Below are positions 16,793-26,082 of a stretch of 32,050 nucleotides of DNA, piece after piece. Position 1 is the stretch's first letter, and each line of letters starts with the position of its first letter. The notes below the pieces were generated by a model. That model did not search any database and was not told the origin of the DNA. It saw only the letters and a list, made by a program, of their open reading frames with translations. A program made the position numbers and the translations under genes. The stretch lies in sequence record SRR20825010_3850. One strand, given 5' to 3'.

Positions 16793-18100
16793 CTAGTAAA
16801 TGATCCAAAGAACAATTCCAGGCATCGTAAAACACGCCGCGACGGTCACCAGTTGAATCAAAACGAAAGCCGGTGCTGCGGCGTAAATTGTTCGCAAACT
16901 AATGGACGGCGGTGCCACTGACTTCAGGAAAAATATGTTATATCCGAATGGTGGCGTCAGATACGCAGTTTCCAAAACCAGAATGACGAGGGCACCGATC
17001 CAAACCAGATTAACATCAAGCGCAGTCAGTACGGGCAAAAACACCGGCATGACCAAAAACAGAATACCGATAGGGTCGACGAAAAATCCCAATACAAAGA
17101 TTGTGGCAAGCATAACCCCAATCACGACCCCCGGAGAAACTCCCAAGCTATCTATCAAGGCACGCACGACTTCATCACCACCAATACCTGAATAAACAGA
17201 GACCAGAAGCAATGAATTGAGGGCAATCCACAACACCATTGTCGTTTGCTTGGCGGCCTCGACCGCCGCTTCAAAAATACGCTTCAGATCGATGGTGCCC
17301 AAAATCAATGCGATGATCAAACTTGCTGCGGCCCCCATCGCAGCCGCTTCTGTCGGTGTGGCAATGCCTGCGAACAAGGATCCCAAAACTGCAAAAACGA
17401 CCAAAACGGATGGCGCAGTCCGCAAATAGATACGCACACGTTCTTTTGGTTCGATATGTCCCATCATACTGTCATCAGCCGCAGGGCACAGATTTTTATC
17501 CAACCAGCAGCGAACAACTATATAGGCAACGAGAAAGAATACCATCACGGCACCGGTTGATAAGCCTACCGCAAACATTTTACCCACTGAAACGCCTGAT
17601 AACCCGCTAAAGACGATTGCAAGAATGCTTGGAGGAAAAAGCTGGCCAAGTGCCCCACCAGCCATAATGACACCCAACGCGATTTTCTCATCATAGTTCC
17701 GGCTTAACATCGCAGGCAAAGCTATCTTGGTTGAAGTAATCACACCAACCGCGCTGACGCCTGACATGCAGCCGATTCCAGCGCAGACGAAAATTGTCCC
17801 GATAGCCAACCCGCCTCGAACTTTGCCGATTATCAAATACATTGCGCTATAAAGGTCGTCGGCAATACCACTTCGAACAAGTATCGATGCCATGAACATA
17901 AAGAACGGCAATGATACCAAAGAGGTATTCTGCATCCCGGAGTAAACTTGACTGCCCAGAATAAAGATCGAAGCAGGACCCCAGACAAAATAGCCGAAAG
18001 CCAGTGAGACAATGCCAACTCCAAAGGCAATTGGCACGCTGACAAACAACACGATGATCACCGATAGGAAAAGCAGAACAGTAAGGAGCGTAGGGTCCAT
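16793..18100 (-). CDS. dctM: TRAP transporter large permease
   Basis: 435 aa polytopic; LPFFMFM, RGGLA, GQLFPPS, GIATPTEAAAMGA, YLTPPFG. Confidence 0.92.
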   Translation of the reverse strand: MDPTLLTVLLFLSVIIVLFVSVPIAFGVGIVSLAFGYFVWGPASIFILGSQVYSGMQNTSLVSLPFFMFMASILVRSGIADDLYSAMYLIIGKVRGGLAIGTIFVCAGIGCMSGVSAVGVITSTKIALPAMLSRNYDEKIALGVIMAGGALGQLFPPSILAIVFSGLSGVSVGKMFAVGLSTGAVMVFFLVAYIVVRCWLDKNLCPAADDSMMGHIEPKERVRIYLRTAPSVLVVFAVLGSLFAGIATPTEAAAMGAAASLIIALILGTIDLKRIFEAAVEAAKQTTMVLWIALNSLLLVSVYSGIGGDEVVRALIDSLGVSPGVVIGVMLATIFVLGFFVDPIGILFLVMPVFLPVLTALDVNLVWIGALVILVLETAYLTPPFGYNIFFLKSVAPPSISLRTIYAAAPAFVLIQLVTVAACFTMPGIVLWIIY

Positions 18101-18129
18101 AATTGGTTTCTCTTTTTAGTCAATAAGAG

Positions 18130-18633
18130 TTATTTTTGTGGTAGAGAGGGATCGTTACCCTGTGTGGTTCGGATAAACGACGCTAACGCCTGCAAGAACA
18201 TCGTTCCGACCGCCACGATCAAGAGAAACGACAAAGGCCATACAGGTGGATCCCAGGGCGTGTTCGAAGTCTCCAACATCAAAACGGAGTCAGTGGCCCG
18301 CTTCCAAATAACTTTAAGAAAGATAGCCGAGTATATGCAGATAACCAGACTAACAGTTCCGGCAAGGATTAAATTCATCCGGCGCGATAAAAGGCTGTTG
18401 ATAAAGTCGATGGCAACATGTCCACCCGTACGCAGGTTGTCAGCCGCACATAGTAGAAAAATGGAGCCGAACAAGATCTGTACAAGTTCTCCCGTCCATA
18501 TCGTAGGTTGGGACATTACATAACGCGCAAAAACTTCGTAACATGCGGCTATCATCCCCGCGATCAGCGCAAGTGCCGCCAAATACGACAGGTATTTTGA
18601 TGTTCCATCCACTAATGAAAGTAATTTCTGCAC
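18130..18633 (-). CDS. dctQ: TRAP transporter small permease
   Basis: 167 aa, 4 TM; EVFARY...PTIWTGEL, GGHVAID; GTG start with RBS. Confidence 0.9.
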   Translation of the reverse strand: MQKLLSLVDGTSKYLSYLAALALIAGMIAACYEVFARYVMSQPTIWTGELVQILFGSIFLLCAADNLRTGGHVAIDFINSLLSRRMNLILAGTVSLVICIYSAIFLKVIWKRATDSVLMLETSNTPWDPPVWPLSFLLIVAVGTMFLQALASFIRTTQGNDPSLPQK

Positions 18634-18658
18634 GCTCCCGCCTCCCTTTTTTATTGTT

Positions 18659-18684
18659 GGGAACGGGCATTACTGCCCGAGCCC
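18659..18684 (-). terminator. Intercistronic hairpin after dctP (stabiliser or attenuator)
   Basis: Minus strand GGG-CT-CGGGCA-GTAA-TGCCCG-TT-CCC with a GNRA loop; no U-tract on the coding strand. Confidence 0.5.
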
Positions 18685-18715
18685 TTTTCTTAGTTCAGAC
18701 AATAATATTCAGGCT

Positions 18716-19750
18716 TCAGGGCGCTTCGACAGCGTAGCCAAGCTTGGTCAAAAAATCCATGCGCGACTGCTGGATCACACGAAACTCCTCTGAGTTGGGC
18801 GAATACTTTTCGCGAACGACTTCATAGCGGGCTTTCTCGAATTTTTCGATATCGCCCTCTGGCCACGTAAGAAACTCAACTCCCGCTTCCTCAAGCTTCT
18901 TCACAATCTCGCCCTCTTCAAGACGTGACTGCACAAAGAAATCATCGCTTGCGGCCCGCAAAGAGTTGTCCACAATCTCTTTCAGGTCGTCAGGCAATGC
19001 GTTCCATGAATCCAGATTCACAATCCAATCCGAAGCCCCGCCCATCGTAAATTTTGGGTTAATGACATATTTGGTAACTTCATGCCAACCAAAGCCGTAA
19101 TGAACTGGTGTGGATACAAATTCGAACGCATCAATCGTTCCGCGTTGCATGCCGGTATAGATGTCTTCAGATGCCATGCTAACCGGAGAAGCGCCAAATT
19201 TGGAAAGGGATTCAGCGGTCAGACCTGCAGTGCGAATTTTGAGACCTTTAAAATCTTCAAGAGACTCAATCTTCTTGTTGGACCAGATGTTTTCGCCAAG
19301 CAGTGTCGTAACGCCTAGGTAGTAAAAGTTGTTCCGCTCACCAACTGGCCGAAGCAATTCTTTACCGCCGCCGGAATAGAACCATTCTAAGGCTTGCCGA
19401 TCATTGAGACCTGCGGGCCATTCGTCAATCCCCTGCAAGGCAGGTTCCTTACCAGCGTAATAGAGTAAGAAAGTGTTGCCGAGATCTAGCGCACCAGCGC
19501 GCACAGCCTCTGTTACTTCTGGCGAAGCAACCACTTGCCCTGCTGGAAAGACCTGGATTTTCATACGCCCAGCAGAGGCTTTCTCGACCCGATTGGCGAA
19601 GTTTACGACGAGCGAGTTGTATTCTGACATCCCCGTGCTCGCGTAAGTTTGCATGCGCCATTCAACATCGGCTGCTGACGCCTGTAAGGGGCCAAAAGTC
19701 AACGCAGCTGCAAAGGCTGACAGCGCTAATGATTTCAACTTGGTTTTCAT
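18716..19750 (-). CDS. dctP: TRAP transporter substrate-binding protein
   Basis: Signal peptide, WRMQT, ASAGRMKIQVFPAGQV, DFKGLKIRT (conserved Arg), IYTGMQRGTIDA; ATG 19750 with GGAGA RBS. Confidence 0.92.
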   Translation of the reverse strand: MKTKLKSLALSAFAAALTFGPLQASAADVEWRMQTYASTGMSEYNSLVVNFANRVEKASAGRMKIQVFPAGQVVASPEVTEAVRAGALDLGNTFLLYYAGKEPALQGIDEWPAGLNDRQALEWFYSGGGKELLRPVGERNNFYYLGVTTLLGENIWSNKKIESLEDFKGLKIRTAGLTAESLSKFGASPVSMASEDIYTGMQRGTIDAFEFVSTPVHYGFGWHEVTKYVINPKFTMGGASDWIVNLDSWNALPDDLKEIVDNSLRAASDDFFVQSRLEEGEIVKKLEEAGVEFLTWPEGDIEKFEKARYEVVREKYSPNSEEFRVIQQSRMDFLTKLGYAVEAP

Positions 19751-19808
19751 TTTTCTCTCCCTGTTTGATTTTAGTCTTATTTTGATATGACGCACAACGC
19801 GTCAGATC

Positions 19809-21251
19809 CTATCCTCCGATTGCTTGTTGAGTGATGAATTTTGTTGCCAAAAACTGGGCGACGGCCTCCGCTCCGCCTTCTGTACCCACTCCGGAATCTC
19901 CGATCCCACCAAAGGGAACCTCGGGCAAAGCCAATCCTAGATGATTGATGCTCACCATACCGGCCGCAATCCCCTTGCCCAGCTTTGCAACTGTCGCGGC
20001 ACTTCCGGCGAAAGCATACGATGCTAGCCCGAATTCAAGACGGTTTGCTTCCTCCAGCGCTTCATCCAGAGTGTTGAATGGATTGATCAAAGCAACTGGA
20101 CCAAACGGTTCTTCATTCATAATACGCGCAGCAATCGGGACATTTGTGAGAACTGTTGGTGCATAGAAGAACCCTTTGTTGGCGATACGATTTCCACCTG
20201 TGCAAAGCTTGGCGCCTAGTGACACTGCCTCATCCACCAACTCGGAAACTGAATCGACCCGCTTGCGATTGATAAGCGGCCCCATTTCTGTTGCGGGATC
20301 AAGCCCATCGCCAACGACCAACTCTGCGCATTGTTTGACAAACTTTTCAACAAAACGATCGAAGACCTTCTGTTGAACCAGGAAGCGCGTAGGCGACGTG
20401 CAGACCTGTCCGCCGTTCCGGAACTTTTGAAGCACCATAAATTTCACAGCAGCCTCGATATCGGCATCTTCAGCAACAATAACGGGTGCGTGGCCTCCGA
20501 GCTCCAGCGTCATGCGTTTCATATGGCTTGCAGCCATAGCCCCAATTTGCCGCCCGACCTGTGTCGATCCTGTAAAGCTGATTTTACGGATCACACGATG
20601 CGGTATCAGATGGCCAGAAATCATTGGTGGATCGCCATAAACCAAATTGATTGTATTCCCCGGCACGCCTGCGTCAACAAAGGCACGCACAAGTTCAGCA
20701 GGTGAGCCGGGCGTATCTTCCGGCCCCTTCAGCACAAAGGAACAACCCGCCGCCAAACCCGCTGCCAGCTTGCGCACACATTGATTGATGGGAAAATTCC
20801 ACGGCGCAAATGCCGCTACTGGCCCGACTGGCTCGCGTAACGTGAGCTGAAGCACTTCGGCATTGCGCGCAGGAATAACTAACCCGTATGTCCGGCGCGC
20901 CTCTTCAGCGCTCCATTCTATGAATTCGGCACCGGCTAGAACTTCGGCCTTGGCCTGCGCCAATGGTTTCCCTTGCTCTAGCGTTAATATCCCGGCGATC
21001 ATGTCAGCGCGTTCACGCAGAATAATCGCGGCATTTCGCAATATATTCGAGCGGGTATAAGCTGACATAGCCCCCCACTCCTCAAACCCAAGCTGCGCGG
21101 ATTCCAGAGCGGCATCCAAATCACTTTTAGTTGCGACAGCTACTTTACCTATCATTTGTTCGGTAGCGGGATTCAAAACATCCATGGCCAAACCTTCGCC
21201 GCCCGGACCCCACTTGCCGCCAATAAAAAGCTGAACGTCTGAATAGCTCAT
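19809..21251 (-). CDS. NAD(P)-dependent aldehyde dehydrogenase (succinate-/2-ketoglutarate-semialdehyde dehydrogenase-like)
   Basis: PWNFP, SFTGST, LELGGHAP, NGGQVC (catalytic Cys), EEPFGPV, PFGGIGDSG. Confidence 0.93.
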   Translation of the reverse strand: MSYSDVQLFIGGKWGPGGEGLAMDVLNPATEQMIGKVAVATKSDLDAALESAQLGFEEWGAMSAYTRSNILRNAAIILRERADMIAGILTLEQGKPLAQAKAEVLAGAEFIEWSAEEARRTYGLVIPARNAEVLQLTLREPVGPVAAFAPWNFPINQCVRKLAAGLAAGCSFVLKGPEDTPGSPAELVRAFVDAGVPGNTINLVYGDPPMISGHLIPHRVIRKISFTGSTQVGRQIGAMAASHMKRMTLELGGHAPVIVAEDADIEAAVKFMVLQKFRNGGQVCTSPTRFLVQQKVFDRFVEKFVKQCAELVVGDGLDPATEMGPLINRKRVDSVSELVDEAVSLGAKLCTGGNRIANKGFFYAPTVLTNVPIAARIMNEEPFGPVALINPFNTLDEALEEANRLEFGLASYAFAGSAATVAKLGKGIAAGMVSINHLGLALPEVPFGGIGDSGVGTEGGAEAVAQFLATKFITQQAIGG

Positions 21252-21820
21252 ATTTTACAAATTTCCAATTGAGGTTGCTTCAACAACAGTTTGTTTTTCT
21301 CAAGCATATTTTGCACTCCAACTTAGACCATCTGATCGAATGGTAGGTCTATAGGACTGGTCTAAAAGGTGTTCTCCCATACAACTTCCAATCAGCTCGG
21401 CGATTACAGCATCAGTCTCAAATGGCCCTCGTCCGATCTTCGCCACTCATAAATTTTAAATGGTTATCTGGTGGTTTTAAAAATGTCGGACTCAGACTAA
21501 CTGATGACTTCATATCACAGCGAAAAGCTGACTAAGTTTGCAAGCTCTCACTACTTCTTGCAGCTGACAAACGAGTAAATATTAGCCCTTGAGCAACTTT
21601 ATGTTACCTATGCTGATAGGAGTTACTCAACTAGTTTTAAATCAGGCTCTTAGAGAGAGGTAACCCGTATCGAATTTGGTCAGGCGGTAACCAATCCGCG
21701 GATGAGAGCATGACAATCATCGGTTCGGCCACCGTCTCCAGCGCCTGCACAGGCTATATCTTTGACGAACCCGTGTCAGCCGGGTAGTTTAATAGTGTCA
21801 GGAAACCTGAAAACGCTCAT

Positions 21821-21858
21821 GAGAGTGTACGATTCCGCCCCCACCCGGAACAGACCCC
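21821..21858 (-). repeat. Orphan Tn3-family 38-bp terminal inverted repeat (Tn5393-like, decayed inner end)
   Basis: Minus strand GGGGTCTGTTCCGGGTGGGGGCGGAATCGTACACTCTC: GGGG start and GGCGGAATC.TAC.CT core, lacking the terminal TAAG. Confidence 0.7.
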
Positions 21859-21938
21859 AAACTTGCGGAACATGTGATCAGGTGCAGTTGTGTTTTTAGC
21901 CATTGATGCCGTTTGGGGGCGTCCACCGCATCAATTAA

Positions 21939-23294
21939 TCATCGCAGAATCGGCACCCGTGATGTTGGTTCACCACTCGCTTCTAGAGCAGGAGGCCTTG
22001 GTCCTCCCGTAGCCCAATCGAGCAGTTCTACGGTATGTACAATAGGTGTCGAGGTCGCACTGCCTATTTGCATCATGCAGCCAATGTTGCCAGCGGCGAT
22101 GATATCGGGGCTGAGCGCCTCAAGGGTTTTAACTTTTCGGGACTTCAGTTGTTTGGAAATCTCCGGCTGCATCAGGTTATAAGTACCGGCCGATCCGCAG
22201 CAGAGATGGCTGTCGGTGGGTTCCAGAACAGCAAAACCTGCACGTTTCAACAAGTCTTGAGGATAAGTCTTGATTTGCTGGCCGTGTTGCAGCGAACAGG
22301 CCGAGTGATAGGCGACTTTTATTTGTGCGGCGGGGGCTTCGAAGATCGCGATCGTTGGATCAATCTGTGGTGCATCCGCTGGTAACAAGTCGATCAGCAC
22401 TTCGCTGACATCCTTGGCGATGGCTGACACGCGTGCAGCATCCGCGGCAAGGGCCGGGTTACTACGGAACATATGGCCGTAATCCTTGACAGTAGTCCCA
22501 CAGCCCGACGTGTTGATGACGATTGCATCTAGGCCCTTGTCCATCTCGTCCACCCAGGCCTTGATGTTCTTGGCGGCAGAGGCATGGCTTTCGCTTGCCT
22601 TACCCATGTGATGGGTCAGTGCGCCGCAGCACCCAGCACCTTCGGCCACCACGACCTCGGCACCCAGCCGGGTTAGAAGGCGGATGGTCGCGTCATTGAT
22701 ATCGGTATTCAGCGCTCTTTGCGCACATCCCGTCATCAAAGCAACACGCATTTTTTTCCGCACAGCGAGAAAAGTTTGCGGGTCATCATTGCGACTGACG
22801 GGAGGAATTTGCTTAGGAGCCATTTCCAACATGGCCCGTATACGGGCATCTGGTATGAAGCGGCCAAAAGGCCTGCCGATCCTGGCCGCCAGTAGTGCCG
22901 CGCGGAACCTCATAGGATAGGGCAGGATACGCGCCAAGACCCAACGCAACGCGCGATCTGATAACGGCCTTTTATAATTATCTTCGATATAGGCGCGAGC
23001 GTGGTCAACCAGATGCATGTAATGAACACCCGATGGACACGTCGTCATACAAGCCAGACATGACAGACAGCGGTCTATATGTGCAACGGTCTTATCATCC
23101 GGCACCCGCTCGTTCTCCAGCATGTCCTTGATCAGGTAAATCCGGCCTCGGGGACTATCTAATTCGTCACCAAGTAGGAGGTAGGTGGGGCAAGTGGCTG
23201 TGCAAAACCCGCAATGCACACAGGCCCGCAGAATTTCGTTTGAGCGCTGGATAGCAGGGTCTTTGAGCTGTTTTGGCGTAAATGTCGTTTGCAT
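21939..23294 (-). CDS. glcF: Glycolate oxidase iron-sulfur subunit
   Basis: MQTTFT...CVHCGFCTATCPTY...ELDSPRGRIYLIK, CLSCLACMTTCPSGV, CCG domains, CCGSAGTYN. Confidence 0.95.
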   Translation of the reverse strand: MQTTFTPKQLKDPAIQRSNEILRACVHCGFCTATCPTYLLLGDELDSPRGRIYLIKDMLENERVPDDKTVAHIDRCLSCLACMTTCPSGVHYMHLVDHARAYIEDNYKRPLSDRALRWVLARILPYPMRFRAALLAARIGRPFGRFIPDARIRAMLEMAPKQIPPVSRNDDPQTFLAVRKKMRVALMTGCAQRALNTDINDATIRLLTRLGAEVVVAEGAGCCGALTHHMGKASESHASAAKNIKAWVDEMDKGLDAIVINTSGCGTTVKDYGHMFRSNPALAADAARVSAIAKDVSEVLIDLLPADAPQIDPTIAIFEAPAAQIKVAYHSACSLQHGQQIKTYPQDLLKRAGFAVLEPTDSHLCCGSAGTYNLMQPEISKQLKSRKVKTLEALSPDIIAAGNIGCMMQIGSATSTPIVHTVELLDWATGGPRPPALEASGEPTSRVPILR

Positions 23295-24442
23295 CAGGTC
23301 ATCATCCCTGGATTGAGTATCCCACGTGGGTCGAACTTTGCGCGTAATCCCGCAGTTATGGCTGCGATGCTTGGATGTTCGGGCTGGAATGCAGGCAAGG
23401 TTGTGCGTAATGCGTCCGACCCCTTGATCAAGGTGCAGTGCCCCTTCATCAAGCTGGCGTTGTGCTGCAACTCCGTATGAAGGGCTTCAAGGTCGCCGGT
23501 GCCAGTTTTCGCGGCGGCCCAGACAAGCCCGCCACCCCAGTCAAGGGCATAATCAAAGCTATGCATCTGTTGCATCATTTGAATAAAGGCAGCGGCATGG
23601 CTAGGCCGCAGGGATACGCGCCAAAGTGCATCATGTTCCGCAAATTCGGTCATATCGCGAATGTTGAGCCAGATTTTTGCATGGGTCTGTGCGTCTGTTA
23701 TCAGGTCAGCCGAGCCAAAGAGCTTAAGTCTGCTTTGCAGCATATCAGCTCTGTAAGCGACTGACCCTGTAAAACCTTCTATGCGCAACAACGTATCTGT
23801 ACCGCAGCGCGCCGCGCCCGTTACCTCAAATGGTGAGCCGAGCGCGTTCGACATCAATGTAATTGACTCTGGCATGTCTAAATCTACAAACCGTAAGGTT
23901 GCCGCTGCTTCAACGTTGGGTAGCACTTTCAGGGACACCTCGGTCAGCGCGCCTAAGGTTCCGTATGATCCACACATCAGTTTTACAAGATCATAGCCGG
24001 TGACGTTTTTCATCACACGCCCACCGTTTTTGATGATCTGGCCGCTGCCATCGACAAAACGCACACCCAGCAGGAAATCGCGGCAAGCTCCCACAGCAAT
24101 ACGACGCGGGCCGGAGACGTTTCCAGCAACGATGCCGCCGATAGTCGGCGTCCCGGTGGTTCCAAGCACAGCCCGAAAGTCCTGCGGCTCAAAGGCAAGC
24201 CGCTGGTTTGCTACGGTCAAAGCGTCCTCGATCTCGGCCAGTGGAGTGCCCGCCTTGGCGACGAGCGTTAATGCACCGGGCTCATACAGCGTGATTCCCG
24301 ATAATCCCGCAACAGAAAGCGCCTCAGCCGTTACGGGCCGCCCGACAGGCCGGGTGCCGCCGCCCAAAATACGCAAGGGGCCGCTCGCATCTTTGATGGC
24401 TGCCGCAATGGCGTCTTCTGTTTGCAACCTGTTCATCTTCAT
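23294..24442 (-). CDS. glcE: Glycolate oxidase FAD-binding subunit
   Basis: GITLYEPGALT, GPRRI, GGRVMKNVTGYDLVKLMCGSYGTLG, FDPRGILNPG. Confidence 0.94.
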   Translation of the reverse strand: MKMNRLQTEDAIAAAIKDASGPLRILGGGTRPVGRPVTAEALSVAGLSGITLYEPGALTLVAKAGTPLAEIEDALTVANQRLAFEPQDFRAVLGTTGTPTIGGIVAGNVSGPRRIAVGACRDFLLGVRFVDGSGQIIKNGGRVMKNVTGYDLVKLMCGSYGTLGALTEVSLKVLPNVEAAATLRFVDLDMPESITLMSNALGSPFEVTGAARCGTDTLLRIEGFTGSVAYRADMLQSRLKLFGSADLITDAQTHAKIWLNIRDMTEFAEHDALWRVSLRPSHAAAFIQMMQQMHSFDYALDWGGGLVWAAAKTGTGDLEALHTELQHNASLMKGHCTLIKGSDALRTTLPAFQPEHPSIAAITAGLRAKFDPRGILNPGMMT

Positions 24443-24499
24443 TCAGCCTATAAGCTCTGGTGTAAATTCGACCATAAAGGTCAAGAGGAACAAAGCCCC

Positions 24500-25948
24500 C
24501 TATGCGGTGCGGCGTTTTTCACTGGACTTGAGAGGAAATACTTTTGCAGGGTTTAGTAGCCACGCAGGATCAAATACATCCTTCACGGCCATCTGAGCCT
24601 CAAGATCGGAAGGCGTATATTGCACTAGCATCAGGTCACGTTTTTCGACACCAACACCGTGTTCGCCCGTCAGACACCCGCCCACCTCAACGCAAAGCTT
24701 CAAGATCTCGGCGCCCAACGCCTCGCAAGTCTCCAACTGGCCGGGGATATTAGCGTTATACAAGATCAGCGGGTGCATATTGCCATCGCCTGCGTGGAAA
24801 ACGTTTCCCACATCAAGACCGTATTGCTTGGATAACTCTCCGATGCGGCGCAAAACATAAGGCAATTCAGACACAGGGATCGTGCCGTCCAGGCACATAT
24901 AATCATTGATCTGCCCCATCGCGCCAAAGGCCGATTTGCGCCCCAGCCAGATGCGAGCGGCTTCATCCGCTGACTTGGCTTCACGCAGCTCAACGGGATT
25001 ATGGGTGCGCGCAATTGCTTTGATCAGATCAAGCTGTTCGTCGATTTCAAGGTTGGAGCCTTCGACCTCGACGATTAACAGCGCCTCACACATCGGGTAT
25101 CCGGCTTTAGCGAAAGCCTCGCAAACTTCGATGCAAGGGCGGTCCATAAACTCTATGGCGACAGGCAGAACTCCAGCCTTAATGATGTCAGAGACGCAGG
25201 CACCCGCCACTTCGGAACTGTCAAAGCCCATCAGCACAGGTCGCGCCCCTTCGGGTTTGTGCAGAATGCGCAGAGTTGCTTCGGTCACAACGCCCAGTTG
25301 CCCCTCAGAGCCGCAGATCACGCCCAACAGGTCCAAACCGCCTGCGTCCAGATGGCCACCACCGATTTCGATAACACTGCCGTCCATCAACACAATAGTC
25401 ACGCCTAGCAGGTTATTCGTCGTCACACCGTATTTCAGACAATGAGCCCCTCCGGAATTCATCGCGATATTGCCCGCAATAGCACAGGCAAGCTGGCTAG
25501 AGGGATCTGGTGCGTAAAAGAACCCGTCGGCCTCCACCGCTCCTGTAATGCTTAGATTTGTACGCCCGGTTTGCACCCGAATAATTCGGTCTTCGTAACT
25601 TGTTTCCAGCACGTTATTCATCCGCGCCACGCCAAGGATAACCGCATCCGCCGTAGGCATTGCCCCCCCGGCAAGCGATGTTCCCGCGCCGCGAGGCACC
25701 ACAGGCACGCCCATTTCGTAACAGACTCTAAGGATCGCCGCGACTTCGGTGGTAGAAGTCGGGAGCACCACACATAATGGAGGGCAGCGATAAGCTGATA
25801 ACCCATCACACTCATAGGCGCGAGTTTCGCTTTCCGCATGGATCACTGCGCCACGGGTCAGAACCGCTTGCAAGCGATCGACGATCACGGCTTTCCGAGC
25901 GATAATTTTGGCGTCTGGTGGGGGCATTGCTATGCTGGACACAAACAT
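24500..25948 (-). CDS. glcD: Glycolate oxidase subunit (FAD-linked); start may be GTG 25942 or ATG 25927
   Basis: YECDGL, VPRGAGTSLAGG, YAPDPSSQLAC, GGAHCLKYGVT, HAGDGNMHP, GEHGVGVEK. Confidence 0.95.
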   Translation of the reverse strand: MFVSSIAMPPPDAKIIARKAVIVDRLQAVLTRGAVIHAESETRAYECDGLSAYRCPPLCVVLPTSTTEVAAILRVCYEMGVPVVPRGAGTSLAGGAMPTADAVILGVARMNNVLETSYEDRIIRVQTGRTNLSITGAVEADGFFYAPDPSSQLACAIAGNIAMNSGGAHCLKYGVTTNNLLGVTIVLMDGSVIEIGGGHLDAGGLDLLGVICGSEGQLGVVTEATLRILHKPEGARPVLMGFDSSEVAGACVSDIIKAGVLPVAIEFMDRPCIEVCEAFAKAGYPMCEALLIVEVEGSNLEIDEQLDLIKAIARTHNPVELREAKSADEAARIWLGRKSAFGAMGQINDYMCLDGTIPVSELPYVLRRIGELSKQYGLDVGNVFHAGDGNMHPLILYNANIPGQLETCEALGAEILKLCVEVGGCLTGEHGVGVEKRDLMLVQYTPSDLEAQMAVKDVFDPAWLLNPAKVFPLKSSEKRRTA

Positions 25949-25973
25949 TCCCTTCTTACGTGAGCAACTGATT

Positions 25974-26066
25974 ATTGGTAAGATGTTTTGACCGCTGATG
26001 TCAAACTTTTTTATTTATTGACCAATAGAGTTACATCTGATCTAATTTTTGTAGAAATCAACCAAT
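25974..26066. promoter_or_regulatory. glcD/glcC divergent promoter with FadR-type TTGGT/ACCAA half-sites
   Basis: AT-rich; contains ATTGGTAAGATGTTTTGACC, TTGACCAATA and AACCAATA. Confidence 0.45.
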
Positions 26067-26082
26067 ACTCAGGCGCCCAAAG

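Noticed and set aside
21710-21787. 25-codon frame MTIIGSATVSSACTGYIFDEPVSAG faintly resembling a serine-resolvase N-terminus (IGYARVS...IF.E..SG), close to the Tn3 IR
   Set aside because: Key Y and R residues are absent and a deletion must be assumed; not distinguishable from chance without a search.
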